DNA of 64,000 nucleotides, from NCBI GenBank assembly GCA_001829155.1, contig MIAO01000011.1, positions 2,723 to 66,722 of the forward strand. Reading direction: 5' to 3'. How positions within the stretch are numbered: the first letter of the stretch is position 1; every line of letters starts with the position of its first letter. Under the pieces are notes generated by a model, which ran no database searches, was not told the DNA's origin, and saw only the letters and a list, made by a program, of their open reading frames with translations. The position numbers and the translations under genes were made by a program. The DNA is from Spirochaetes bacterium GWB1_36_13 (GTDB lineage Bacteria > Spirochaetota > GWB1-36-13). Shown here in pieces: positions 8,088-16,747 of this stretch.

Positions 8088-10637
8088 ATGAAAAGAATGA
8101 GAATCTTAGCAGTGCTTCTGATCGCAGTTTTCGGACTGATTCAGTGCGGTAAACAAGGAAGCCCGGACAACACTCTTGCTTCGAGTGATTCAAGAGCGAC
8201 TATTACACAAGTTTCAAGCTTTGGAACAAACCCAGGAAGTCTGGCGATGTATAAATACGCTCCAGCAGGAATTACTGCAGCGGCTCCGCTGGTTGTAGCT
8301 CTTCACGGATGTACTCAGACAGCAAGCGAGTATGCAAACAATACAGACTGGAACAGTCTGGCTGACAAATACAAATTCTATGTTGTCTTTGCTGAAACAA
8401 ACAGCTCCAACAATTCAAGCAAATGTTTTAACTGGTTTGAATCGGGAGATATCGCCAGAGGAGGAGGAGAAGCGCTCTCTATCAAACAAATGGTTGATAA
8501 AATGAAAGCCGATTACTCTATCGACGCATCCAGAGTTTTCGTAACCGGTCTTTCTGCTGGTGGTTTTATGACCGTCGCTATGGCTGCGGCTTATCCTGAT
8601 GTTTTTGCAGGCGCTGCTGTTATGGCAGGCGGACCTTATAAATGTGCTACCAGCATGACAGCGGCTTTCAGCTGTATGTCTCCTGGTGTTGATAAAACTC
8701 CAGCGCAATGGGGAGATTTGGCAAGAAGCGGATATTCAGGATATTCCGGCTCTTATCCTTTGATCAGTATCTGGTATGGTACGACTGACGGTACAGTAAA
8801 ACCTTTAAACTCTACTGAACTGGTTGATCAGTGGACCAATGTCCATGGAATCGATCAGACAGAAGATTTTACTGAGAGTGTAGCGGGATCTTCTCATAAA
8901 GTCTATAAAAATGCAAATGGGGATGCATTGGTAGAAATCTGGGCAATCGCAAGCATGGGACACGCTATCACAGTTGACCCGGGAACAGGCGAAACTCAGG
9001 GCGGCGGAACAGGAAGCTACTCTATTGATAAAAACATCTATTCATCTTACTGGGCAGCAAAATTCTGGGGTCTGGACAACAGCGACAAAGAAGCTCCAGT
9101 TGTCAATGTAACTTCTCCAGCAAACGGCGCAACTATCACAGCAGGCTCTACTACTCTGGCAGCAAGCGCTTCTGACAATGCAGGCGTTGTAAAAGTTGAG
9201 TTTTATGTTGACGGAGTATTGAAATCAACTGATACTTCAGCTCCTTATGAAGCGACTCTTGACCTGACCACAATCGTCAATGGAAGCCACAGTGTTAAAG
9301 CAATTGCTTATGACGCAGCAGGAAATACAGCAACAGACAACGATACTGCTTTCACAGGCGGTACTTATGTTGATACAGTGGCTCCAGTTTTATCCAACGA
9401 TAAAGCAAGCGGAACTTATCAAATGAGCGTTTCTCCAGTAATTTCTGCCAATGAAGCGGCTACAATCTATTATACAACAGACGGCTCTACTCCAACTGTG
9501 AACTCAGCTTCAGGAGCAGCTCCTCTTACTCTTTCTTTCTCAGCAGACACTACGCTGAAATTTTTTGGAAAAGACCCATCCGGAAATGCTTCTTCAGTAC
9601 AAACTTTCAGCTATGTAGTAGAAATCCTCCCTTATACTGAAACAGCATCCGGAACAGCTACTGAGCACTACAATGCAGGAAGACTGGATGTTAACGCATA
9701 TCTTGCTTACGGACAAGAATACGGATATATGACTGCCTTTATTCTCTATCACCTCAAAGCCGAGTTCGGCGGAACATGGGTTGACGAGCATGACCTTCCA
9801 GGATATACTCCAACTCCAGATACTACTGTCCCAACTGTAAATATTACTGCTCCAACAAACGGCTCTACTGTCAGCGCAAGCGTAACTGTAACTGCAGCAG
9901 CATCCGACAATATTGGAGTCGCAAAAGTTGAGTTTTATGTGGACGGAACCTTAAAAGCAACTGATACTGCATCTCCTTATGAATATGTTCTTGATACTAC
10001 AACATTAACAAACGCTTCTCACAGCATTAAAGCAATCGCTTACGATGCAGCCAATAACACTGCAACAGATGACGATACTTCTGTTACTGTTGATAACACA
10101 CAACAAGGCACAACTACGACTGTTGAGTTTACCAGCAACTCTACTGACGACGGATATGTCAAAGCATCTGCAGACGGTTCAGGAGCAGCGGTCGGAACAT
10201 ACTCTACAATAGCAATCGGAAGAGGAAGCGACGGAAAATTTAACAGAGCTATTCTTTCTTTCGACACTTCAAGTCTCCCAGACAGCGCTACGATCGTAAG
10301 AGCATACATTGTAGTCACTGCAAGCTCAGTATCAGGCACTCCATGGGCAAATGGAAACAGCATGGTCATTGACCTTAAAACAGGAAACTTCGGATCAGCT
10401 TCTACTACTGAAACAACAGACTGGGCATCTGCAGCTACTGCTTCTCAAGCAGGAAGCATTGACGCTTTCACAAGCGGAACTAAACAGTCTTCTGATCTTT
10501 CAGCAGCGGGACTTTCTGCAATCAGCAAAACAGGCAAAACTCAGGCAAAATTAAGATTCCTGACTAATCAAACAACTACAGCTTACATCTTTATCACTCA
10601 AGGTACAGGCGCAAAACTCGTAGTTGAATATCAATAA
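8088..10637 (+). CDS. Secreted lipoprotein. It has an N-terminal PHB-depolymerase/esterase-family alpha/beta hydrolase domain, two tandem Ig-like domains and a C-terminal domain of unknown function.
   Basis: Signal peptide plus lipobox (LIQCGK). Esterase motifs ALHGCTQTA..FYVVFAETN..GLSAGGFM (GxSxG). Two ~80-aa repeats (VVKVEFYVDGVLKSTDTSAPYEATLDLTTIVNGSHSVKAIAYDAAGNTATD and VAKVEFYVDGTLKATDTASPYEYVLDTTTLTNASHSIKAIAYDAANNTATD). Confidence 0.7.
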   Translation: MKRMRILAVLLIAVFGLIQCGKQGSPDNTLASSDSRATITQVSSFGTNPGSLAMYKYAPAGITAAAPLVVALHGCTQTASEYANNTDWNSLADKYKFYVVFAETNSSNNSSKCFNWFESGDIARGGGEALSIKQMVDKMKADYSIDASRVFVTGLSAGGFMTVAMAAAYPDVFAGAAVMAGGPYKCATSMTAAFSCMSPGVDKTPAQWGDLARSGYSGYSGSYPLISIWYGTTDGTVKPLNSTELVDQWTNVHGIDQTEDFTESVAGSSHKVYKNANGDALVEIWAIASMGHAITVDPGTGETQGGGTGSYSIDKNIYSSYWAAKFWGLDNSDKEAPVVNVTSPANGATITAGSTTLAASASDNAGVVKVEFYVDGVLKSTDTSAPYEATLDLTTIVNGSHSVKAIAYDAAGNTATDNDTAFTGGTYVDTVAPVLSNDKASGTYQMSVSPVISANEAATIYYTTDGSTPTVNSASGAAPLTLSFSADTTLKFFGKDPSGNASSVQTFSYVVEILPYTETASGTATEHYNAGRLDVNAYLAYGQEYGYMTAFILYHLKAEFGGTWVDEHDLPGYTPTPDTTVPTVNITAPTNGSTVSASVTVTAAASDNIGVAKVEFYVDGTLKATDTASPYEYVLDTTTLTNASHSIKAIAYDAANNTATDDDTSVTVDNTQQGTTTTVEFTSNSTDDGYVKASADGSGAAVGTYSTIAIGRGSDGKFNRAILSFDTSSLPDSATIVRAYIVVTASSVSGTPWANGNSMVIDLKTGNFGSASTTETTDWASAATASQAGSIDAFTSGTKQSSDLSAAGLSAISKTGKTQAKLRFLTNQTTTAYIFITQGTGAKLVVEYQ

Positions 10638-10653
10638 GAAATTAAAAATCTCA

Positions 10654-10686
10654 AACCGGAGGAAGTTCTCCTCCTCCGGTTTTTCT
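10654..10686 (+). terminator. Rho-independent terminator after the esterase gene
   Basis: Perfect 10-bp stem AACCGGAGGA / TCCTCCGGTT with an 8-nt loop, followed by TTTTC. Confidence 0.75.
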
Positions 10687-10744
10687 TATCACTCTTCTCA
10701 AAACTCATTCACCCTGCTCTTTTATATAAAGTCTAAAAACTAAC

Positions 10745-10948
10745 ATTCAGGCTGTCGATTGTTATTTAATTAACACGGACACCGAGCGGAGCCGAGGTGT
10801 CACTTCGACTCCGCTCAGTGACCATACTGCTTTGATTCATAGAAAAACCCTATGAAAGATTGTATCAGAAAATACAATTACCTTTTCTGATAAACTTACA
10901 AATATCAATGATAATAAGTCTTAATTTTCAATAATCGACAGCCTGAAT
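10745..10948. mobile_element. MITE-like element of ~205 bp with 22/19-bp terminal inverted repeats and internal hairpins
   Basis: Left TIR attcaggctgtcgattgttatt (10745-10766) and right TIR aataatcgacagcctgaat (10930-10948) are reverse complements over 16 bp. The interior holds a 16-bp stem GAGCGGAGCCGAGGTG / CACTTCGACTCCGCTC (10784-10817) and a second stem tatcagaaaa / ttttctgata (10863-10892). No coding capacity. Confidence 0.55.
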
Positions 10949-11018
10949 ATAAAAAAACTCCTGAAAACCAATCTCTTGTGTCAGTGCCGAGTAGTAAAAT
11001 GAGAGAAAAAAATAAAAT

Positions 11019-11456
11019 TCAAGGCGCTAAGAGAGTAAAAGGCCAAAAAGAAATATTTCTTAGAATCCAGAATAAAATCACAATCACAAAAAATATCCAG
11101 ACCGCTTTTCCTGAAAAATGGATTTCTGGTTTTTGAGTATTTCTGAAATAATAATAGAGGAAGCGGAAAAAGGAAAACAAAAGAAACGGGGTCAGCAAAA
11201 CAGTCAGAATATTAAAGGAAAAAGCTTTCAGAATTTCCAAATTGGCAAGGGAATGAAGCGCTCTACCCGTACCGCATCCCGGGCAGTAAAGACGGGTAAA
11301 ATGATAAAAAGGACAGGGCGGATAAAAAACGGATCGCCCCGGAGTTTGATTTCTGAGAAGATAAATAAAAAAAAGAAAGAGCAGGATGAATAACAATCCG
11401 ATGCTCATTCTCACTGTTTTACTCTGATAGATTTTTTCCTGAATTTTTTTATACAT
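11019..11456 (-). CDS. Small membrane protein with a CPxC...CPGCGxxRA motif (DUF2752-like)
   Basis: 145 aa with the sequence PPCPFYHFTRLYCPGCGTGRALHS, then hydrophobic helices. Confidence 0.4.
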   Translation of the reverse strand: MYKKIQEKIYQSKTVRMSIGLLFILLFLFFIYLLRNQTPGRSVFYPPCPFYHFTRLYCPGCGTGRALHSLANLEILKAFSFNILTVLLTPFLLFSFFRFLYYYFRNTQKPEIHFSGKAVWIFFVIVILFWILRNISFWPFTLLAP

Positions 11457-11871
11457 TCATCTGGGATTTGATTAAATAATCATGAAGTTCTTTCATAAAG
11501 CCAAGTCCTAAAAAAAGAGCGGCAATATAGATAACCAGAATAACCAATCCTGAAATAAAAGAAACCCAGCACCATGTCTTTGCTTTTTTAGAAGCTTCTA
11601 AAGCTCCTGCACTATCTCCCAATGAAATTTTTGTACTGACTTGTGCGGCAAAAACAATCGCGGGAATCCCAAAAGGCAGACAGCAAAAAAGAGTGACTAA
11701 AATCGACTGAACCAGATAAGTTGGAATCAAGTGCGGATTGGTCATTTTCTGAGTATTTTCCTGTTGAATCATAGGCTGGAAAGTGATTCCCCCTTCACCC
11801 AGTTTTTGACCGCATTTCAGGCAATAAACTGCTGATTTGGCATTAGTCGCGCCGCATTTTGGACAATTCAT
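11449..11871 (-). CDS. Zinc-ribbon plus CD225/dispanin-family membrane protein. The start is probably at MNCPKCG rather than the upstream Met.
   Basis: N-terminal CPKCG..CLKCG zinc ribbon. C-terminal LFCCLPFGIPAIVFAAQV, typical of the CD225/interferon-induced TM family. Confidence 0.5.
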   Translation of the reverse strand: MNCPKCGATNAKSAVYCLKCGQKLGEGGITFQPMIQQENTQKMTNPHLIPTYLVQSILVTLFCCLPFGIPAIVFAAQVSTKISLGDSAGALEASKKAKTWCWVSFISGLVILVIYIAALFLGLGFMKELHDYLIKSQMNV

Positions 11872-11887
11872 AATAACTCCTTGATTT

Positions 11888-13585
11888 TTATTCTTTCGGT
11901 AAAGTAAAAATAAAACGGGCACCCCCGTTTTCTCCATTCTCTACCCAGATTTTTCCCCTGTGTCTTTCTATAATTTTCTTGCACATGGCAAGACCGATTC
12001 CGTTTCCTTCATATTCTTCCCGTGTATGGAGCCTTTGAAAAACAATAAAAATACGGTCAAAATATTCTTTTTGAATTCCAATTCCATTGTCTTGTACTGT
12101 AATTTGATATTCAGATTCAGTTTCCGATGAAAAAATATGAACTACAGGATCAATGTCTTTTCTCCTGTATTTTAAGGCATTCTCAATCAGATTTTGAAAA
12201 AGCTGAATCATCTGGCTGGAATCAGCTAATACTACCGGAAGAGATTCTAATTTCAAGAAAGCTTGATTTTCCTCAATTTTTATGCGTAAATTATCTGTAG
12301 CTTTTTCAAAAACACTCTTTAAATCCGTCTGCTGGAAATCACTTCCATGAGTCTCTATCCGTGAAAGACGGAGCAATGCATTAATAAAATCTTCCATTCT
12401 ATGCGCCCCGTCCACCGCATATTGAATATATTCATTCATATCTTCGTCCTGCTGGTAATGGCTTTCTATTTTTCTTTTGATTAAATCCAAAAAACTGCTA
12501 ATCATCCGGAGCGGTTCGCGCAGGTCATGGGAAGCCACATAGGCAAACTGTTTGAGTTCTTCATTTGAATTTTTCAGTTTAGAAAGTATTTCTTGGAATT
12601 CCATCTGCAATTTTTTTCTTTCGCTGATATCTCTGATAAGTCCGACAGTGCCGAGAAGCTGATTTTCCTTATTGCTTTGAAAATACTCTCCTGCCGCGCT
12701 GATTTCTATCCAGATTGTTTCTTTTTCTTCATTCTTTTCAATCTTGATCTTATTGTCTTCTTCGGTTTCAAGGTAATCTCCGGATGAAAAAACCTCTACC
12801 CATTGAAGACCGGAGTCTTTATTTTTTTTTAATATATTTTTATTTTTGACTGTCTCAGGATTCAAACGGATTTCCAGATTTTTCGTCATTCTTTTCCCGG
12901 TTCTTCTTTCGTCAAAAAGTTTCGGCGCTTTTTCATCGCCTGTTTCAATTCCTTTAAACCCCGGCAAAACCATTTCCCGGCTCACATTGGGAGCGTCTTT
13001 CTCGTGCAGAAGAACACTGAAATGTTTTCCGATCAGATCTTCCGGCTCATAACCGAAGTTTTTAATCGAATCGCTTACAAACAAAAAATAACCCTCATTG
13101 TCGATCCGGTAAACCACATCGGGAACAGACTGGATCAGTTTTTCATATTTTTCCTCTGATTCTTCCAAAAGGAACCGGATCCTTTTGTTCTCAACCCTTT
13201 CTCTTACTTCTTCAATACTGCGCTTAATAGTCAGGGGAAGAATGTCCAGATTGTTTTTATGGATAAACTGTGCGGCTCCAGCTTCAAGGGCTATGAGAAT
13301 AGTTTTATTGTCTTCGATATCGGATATATAAATAAAAGGCGCATTGGGAACTATTTTCTTTGCAATATCAAGGGCGCACTTTCCTTCCTCATGAGAAAGA
13401 CCATAATCCGCTACAATAACATCAAAGCGGATGTGTCTTAAAGCGGAAGTGAAATCTTCGATATTTCTCACCCCCCCGATTTCAAAATCCAGACCGCTAG
13501 TTTCTAATTTTTCCTTTATTTTTCTGATCGTTGTTTCATTCTTTTCAAAACAAAGGACAATAATATTGGATTCTAATGAAGACAT
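11888..13585 (-). CDS. Hybrid signalling protein: N-terminal response-regulator receiver, then PAS, HisKA and HATPase_c (sensor histidine kinase)
   Basis: REC-like N-terminus (DVIVADYGL). H-box ASHDLREPLRMISSFLDL. ATPase G-boxes DNGIGIQ and GNGIGLAMCKKII. Confidence 0.85.
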   Translation of the reverse strand: MSSLESNIIVLCFEKNETTIRKIKEKLETSGLDFEIGGVRNIEDFTSALRHIRFDVIVADYGLSHEEGKCALDIAKKIVPNAPFIYISDIEDNKTILIALEAGAAQFIHKNNLDILPLTIKRSIEEVRERVENKRIRFLLEESEEKYEKLIQSVPDVVYRIDNEGYFLFVSDSIKNFGYEPEDLIGKHFSVLLHEKDAPNVSREMVLPGFKGIETGDEKAPKLFDERRTGKRMTKNLEIRLNPETVKNKNILKKNKDSGLQWVEVFSSGDYLETEEDNKIKIEKNEEKETIWIEISAAGEYFQSNKENQLLGTVGLIRDISERKKLQMEFQEILSKLKNSNEELKQFAYVASHDLREPLRMISSFLDLIKRKIESHYQQDEDMNEYIQYAVDGAHRMEDFINALLRLSRIETHGSDFQQTDLKSVFEKATDNLRIKIEENQAFLKLESLPVVLADSSQMIQLFQNLIENALKYRRKDIDPVVHIFSSETESEYQITVQDNGIGIQKEYFDRIFIVFQRLHTREEYEGNGIGLAMCKKIIERHRGKIWVENGENGGARFIFTLPKE

Positions 13586-13697
13586 AATTAAGCCTCATAA
13601 TAATTTAATTAAAAATAAAATCATAGAATAATTAAACTACTTATTGCCAAAAAATCAAGAAAAATTTATAAACTTATTTTATGGTGCAAATAAATTA

Positions 13698-13725
13698 GCC
13701 GGCGATTCGAATCGCCAGCTCTGTC
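13698..13725 (-). terminator. Perfect 16-bp palindrome GGCGATTCGAATCGCC downstream of the minus-strand OMP gene
   Basis: The palindrome is seen directly. It is followed on the minus strand by an A/T-rich stretch. Confidence 0.4.
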
Positions 13726-13754
13726 TTATATATAAAACTTATTTAATTCGACTC

Positions 13755-14564
13755 CTACCATAACCAGCCGAGATAAAAGTGACTTCCTTTTACCTCCCAG
13801 TTATCATTTGCGTATTTTGACTGAAAATAAAAACCATCCAGTCCAAAAATAAAACAAGAATCCAAGCGATGAAAATTAACCGCATATCCTATTCCCCCTT
13901 TTACACCCAATCCAGGGGCACTACTCCATTTGATAAGATCATTTTTTAATATCATTTTATCCATACCAACAGCTAAATTAATAAAAAAGCCAGAAGTAAT
14001 TTCTTTGAAAAAATATTTTATCCCAATAGAATAAAAAGTTGTTTGAAGACTAAATTCTTCTTTCCCTCCATACCAGCTAGTTGAATTATTCTCCCAAAGT
14101 GAGGCATACCCAGATAAACCGCCTCCAAACAAAAGATTTTCATTGACAGAAAGATAAAAATCCATCGCAAAATATCCCAACCCTCTGACATCGAGTTCTT
14201 CAAACGGATAACTGCTGTTTGTTTTTATCTGATTATTCAGGTTGTTGTTAAAATTAACACCACCCCAACCTAACAAAATATCAAGATAAACAGTTTCAGG
14301 CTTAAGCAGGCTGTCATCAGACTGCTTTGAAGTTGTACTGTTTGATTCTTTTTGGGAAGTATCATTAGAATCAAAAGTAACATTCTGTACTTTTGATTTT
14401 GGAATTTCCATTTTCGCATATCCGGTATCCACGGTGATTTTCTCATCTGTGCTTTCCGTGATTTTTCCCCTGATGACTGACCCGTCTTTTAAAAAGACGC
14501 TTTCCGCCCATGAGAAAGTAAATAAACTAAGAGAGAACAGCAAACTGAGAATGATTTTTTTCAT
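13755..14564 (-). CDS. Putative outer-membrane protein with a signal peptide, Ser/Asn-rich linker and C-terminal aromatic residue
   Basis: N-terminal signal MKKIILSLLFSLSLFTFSWA. Ends with ..HFYLGWLW. The composition alternates as in a beta-barrel. Confidence 0.4.
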   Translation of the reverse strand: MKKIILSLLFSLSLFTFSWAESVFLKDGSVIRGKITESTDEKITVDTGYAKMEIPKSKVQNVTFDSNDTSQKESNSTTSKQSDDSLLKPETVYLDILLGWGGVNFNNNLNNQIKTNSSYPFEELDVRGLGYFAMDFYLSVNENLLFGGGLSGYASLWENNSTSWYGGKEEFSLQTTFYSIGIKYFFKEITSGFFINLAVGMDKMILKNDLIKWSSAPGLGVKGGIGYAVNFHRLDSCFIFGLDGFYFQSKYANDNWEVKGSHFYLGWLW

Positions 14565-14852
14565 TTTTTACTCCTTAAAATAATTGTATAAAGTGTATTC
14601 AATTACTCAACTGAATATAACTTAGGTTAAAAAATTATCAAAAAAAGCGGAAAAAGGAAATAGAACCTCAGGTTCTATTTTAAGATTCAATTGATTATGA
14701 ATGTTAAATTTTTAAATATTTTTTTAAATATTTTTTCTGATAACTTATTTTTGTTTTGTCATAAAACCTATATTATTTTTAATTTGCAATATCTTTATTT
14801 AAGTTTATTTCATATTTTTCAAAGCTAAAATATTTCTAATTGAGGTTTTATC

Positions 14853-15578
14853 ATGAGTTTTTTAAATGTAAATCTAAATAAGTGCAATCAGTGCGGGATC
14901 TGCGCTTCTGTCTGTCCGGCACAAGCGCTGGATAACCCCAAAGCGCCTTTGCAAAATCAGAAAAAATTAGATCATTTCCCTGTCCTTTCATCAGGCCAAG
15001 CGGAAGAATTTCTTCGTTCCCGCCGATCTATCCGGGTCTATGAAGATAAAAAAATACCCAACAATACCCTTTCAAAACTTTTAGATATGGGAAGGTTTGC
15101 TGAAACAGGAGGGAACAGCCAAAGCGTTTCTTATCTGGTAGTGAGCAAAAAAGAAATTTTACAGCAACTCAGCGAAATGACCCTGACCTGGATGGAACAG
15201 GAAATTGAAAAAGGAACCGGCTGGGTACAGCTTTATAAAGGCTTTGTAAAAAACTGCCGGACAACTGGGGAAGATTTAATTCTTCGGGGAGTGCCCCACC
15301 TGATTTTCGGAAAAGCGCAGAAAGCTTTTCCCCTTGGAAGAGAAAACACGGTTTTATCTTTTTCTTATATTGAATTATACGCAACCAGTCTTGGACTTGG
15401 GACTTGCTGGGCAGGATTTGTAGAAAATGCCGGGCGATCGGGGTACGAGCCGATGAGAAAAATACTCGGCATGGATGAAAATGAAGTTTTAACCGGAGCC
15501 TTGATGGCAGGTTTTCCCAAATACAGATACCATCGGCTTCCAGACAGAAATCCTCTATCTATCCGATGGATCGATTAG
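14853..15578 (+). CDS. Nitroreductase-family protein with an N-terminal 4Fe-4S ferredoxin-type Cys motif
   Basis: CNQCGICASVCP motif. The nitroreductase signature RRSIRVYEDKKIP follows. Confidence 0.55.
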   Translation: MSFLNVNLNKCNQCGICASVCPAQALDNPKAPLQNQKKLDHFPVLSSGQAEEFLRSRRSIRVYEDKKIPNNTLSKLLDMGRFAETGGNSQSVSYLVVSKKEILQQLSEMTLTWMEQEIEKGTGWVQLYKGFVKNCRTTGEDLILRGVPHLIFGKAQKAFPLGRENTVLSFSYIELYATSLGLGTCWAGFVENAGRSGYEPMRKILGMDENEVLTGALMAGFPKYRYHRLPDRNPLSIRWID

Positions 15579-16747
15579 TATTTTTTAGACTTTCTTTTTT
15601 GGCTCTGATTTTCTTTTTTCTTTTTTCCTGCGGATGGAAGCCTCCCTCTGGAAATCAGAATGAAGACAGCGTGCTTAAAATTTGTTTTGAAGCAGAGTGC
15701 ATGGAAAAAATGCTTCTTACTTTAATTCAAAACGCGCATGAAAAAATCGAGCTGGCGCTCTATGGATTTGAAGGAAATCCCGGTTTGACCGAAGCATTGA
15801 TCCAGGCTAAAAAAAGAAAAGTTAATCTTGAAATTGTTTCTGATTTTGACTCTGAAATACAAGACGGGTTTCAGAGCCTGATTCTTGAGAAAATGAAAAA
15901 TCTTCCCGGTGAAGGCATTATCTCGCTTCGTTTTGGGAACACAAACGCTATTATGCATAATAAGTACATGATTGTGGATTCAAAATGGGTTTTAACCGGT
16001 TCCACCAACTGGACTGATGGAATCCAAACTCATTTTAATCATATGATTCTCCTCAAAAATCCTTTATTGGCAAAAGAGTATCAAAAAGATTTTAAAAAAA
16101 TGTTTCAGGAGGGTTTATTCAGTACGGATAAAGACAACGATGGAGTTATTCCAGACTGGGTGATAGGAACTTATCAGACAGGGATTTATCCGGTTCAGGT
16201 TTTTTTCACGCCCTATAAAGATTTTTACCCCGAAACTTTTTACGATGACCCTGATACCCCGGCAGTCGATCCGAACGAAATAACCGTTCAAAACGCATTT
16301 TCAGAAATTCTTCCTCTGGTTTCCCAAGCAAAAAAAAGAATTATGATTTTCGCTTTTTCTTTCACCGATCGGCTTTTGATGGAAACACTTTTCAATCTCC
16401 ATCAAAATCAAAATATCGAGATAAAAATCTGGCTCGATCAAAGCCAGTATCAAAGCAATTATAATTCAGCGGGGCGACGGATCGAAAAACTGAAACAGGC
16501 TGGGATTCAGATAAAAATCACTCAAAAACCAGACGGGCTTCTCCACCATAAAATGATCGCAATCGATGACCAGGTATTGATTATCGGTTCTCTCAATTTC
16601 AGCAACAATGCGGTTACTTCCAACGATGAAAATTTTCTCATCCTCAAAAACGCCTCGTCTCTCATTGATGAGTTTGAAAAGGAAGCGGCAAGGATTGACG
16701 AGTACTCCAATGATTTAGTAATCCGTAACGAAGGAGAAAGCGAATGA
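15566..16747 (+). CDS. Phospholipase D-family lipoprotein with two HKD motifs (phosphodiesterase/nuclease/cardiolipin-synthase-like)
   Basis: Lipobox FLFSCGW. HKD motifs HNKYMIVDSKWVLTGSTNWT and HHKMIAIDDQVLIIGSLNFS. Its start overlaps the upstream gene by 13 nt. Confidence 0.75.
   Translation: MDRLVFFRLSFLALIFFFLFSCGWKPPSGNQNEDSVLKICFEAECMEKMLLTLIQNAHEKIELALYGFEGNPGLTEALIQAKKRKVNLEIVSDFDSEIQDGFQSLILEKMKNLPGEGIISLRFGNTNAIMHNKYMIVDSKWVLTGSTNWTDGIQTHFNHMILLKNPLLAKEYQKDFKKMFQEGLFSTDKDNDGVIPDWVIGTYQTGIYPVQVFFTPYKDFYPETFYDDPDTPAVDPNEITVQNAFSEILPLVSQAKKRIMIFAFSFTDRLLMETLFNLHQNQNIEIKIWLDQSQYQSNYNSAGRRIEKLKQAGIQIKITQKPDGLLHHKMIAIDDQVLIIGSLNFSNNAVTSNDENFLILKNASSLIDEFEKEAARIDEYSNDLVIRNEGESE

Noticed and set aside
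14700-14750. Short tandem AT-repeat ttaaatattttt x2 in the divergent promoter region between the OMP and nitroreductase genes
   Set aside because: Too short and AT-simple to distinguish from background composition in an AT-rich intergenic region.
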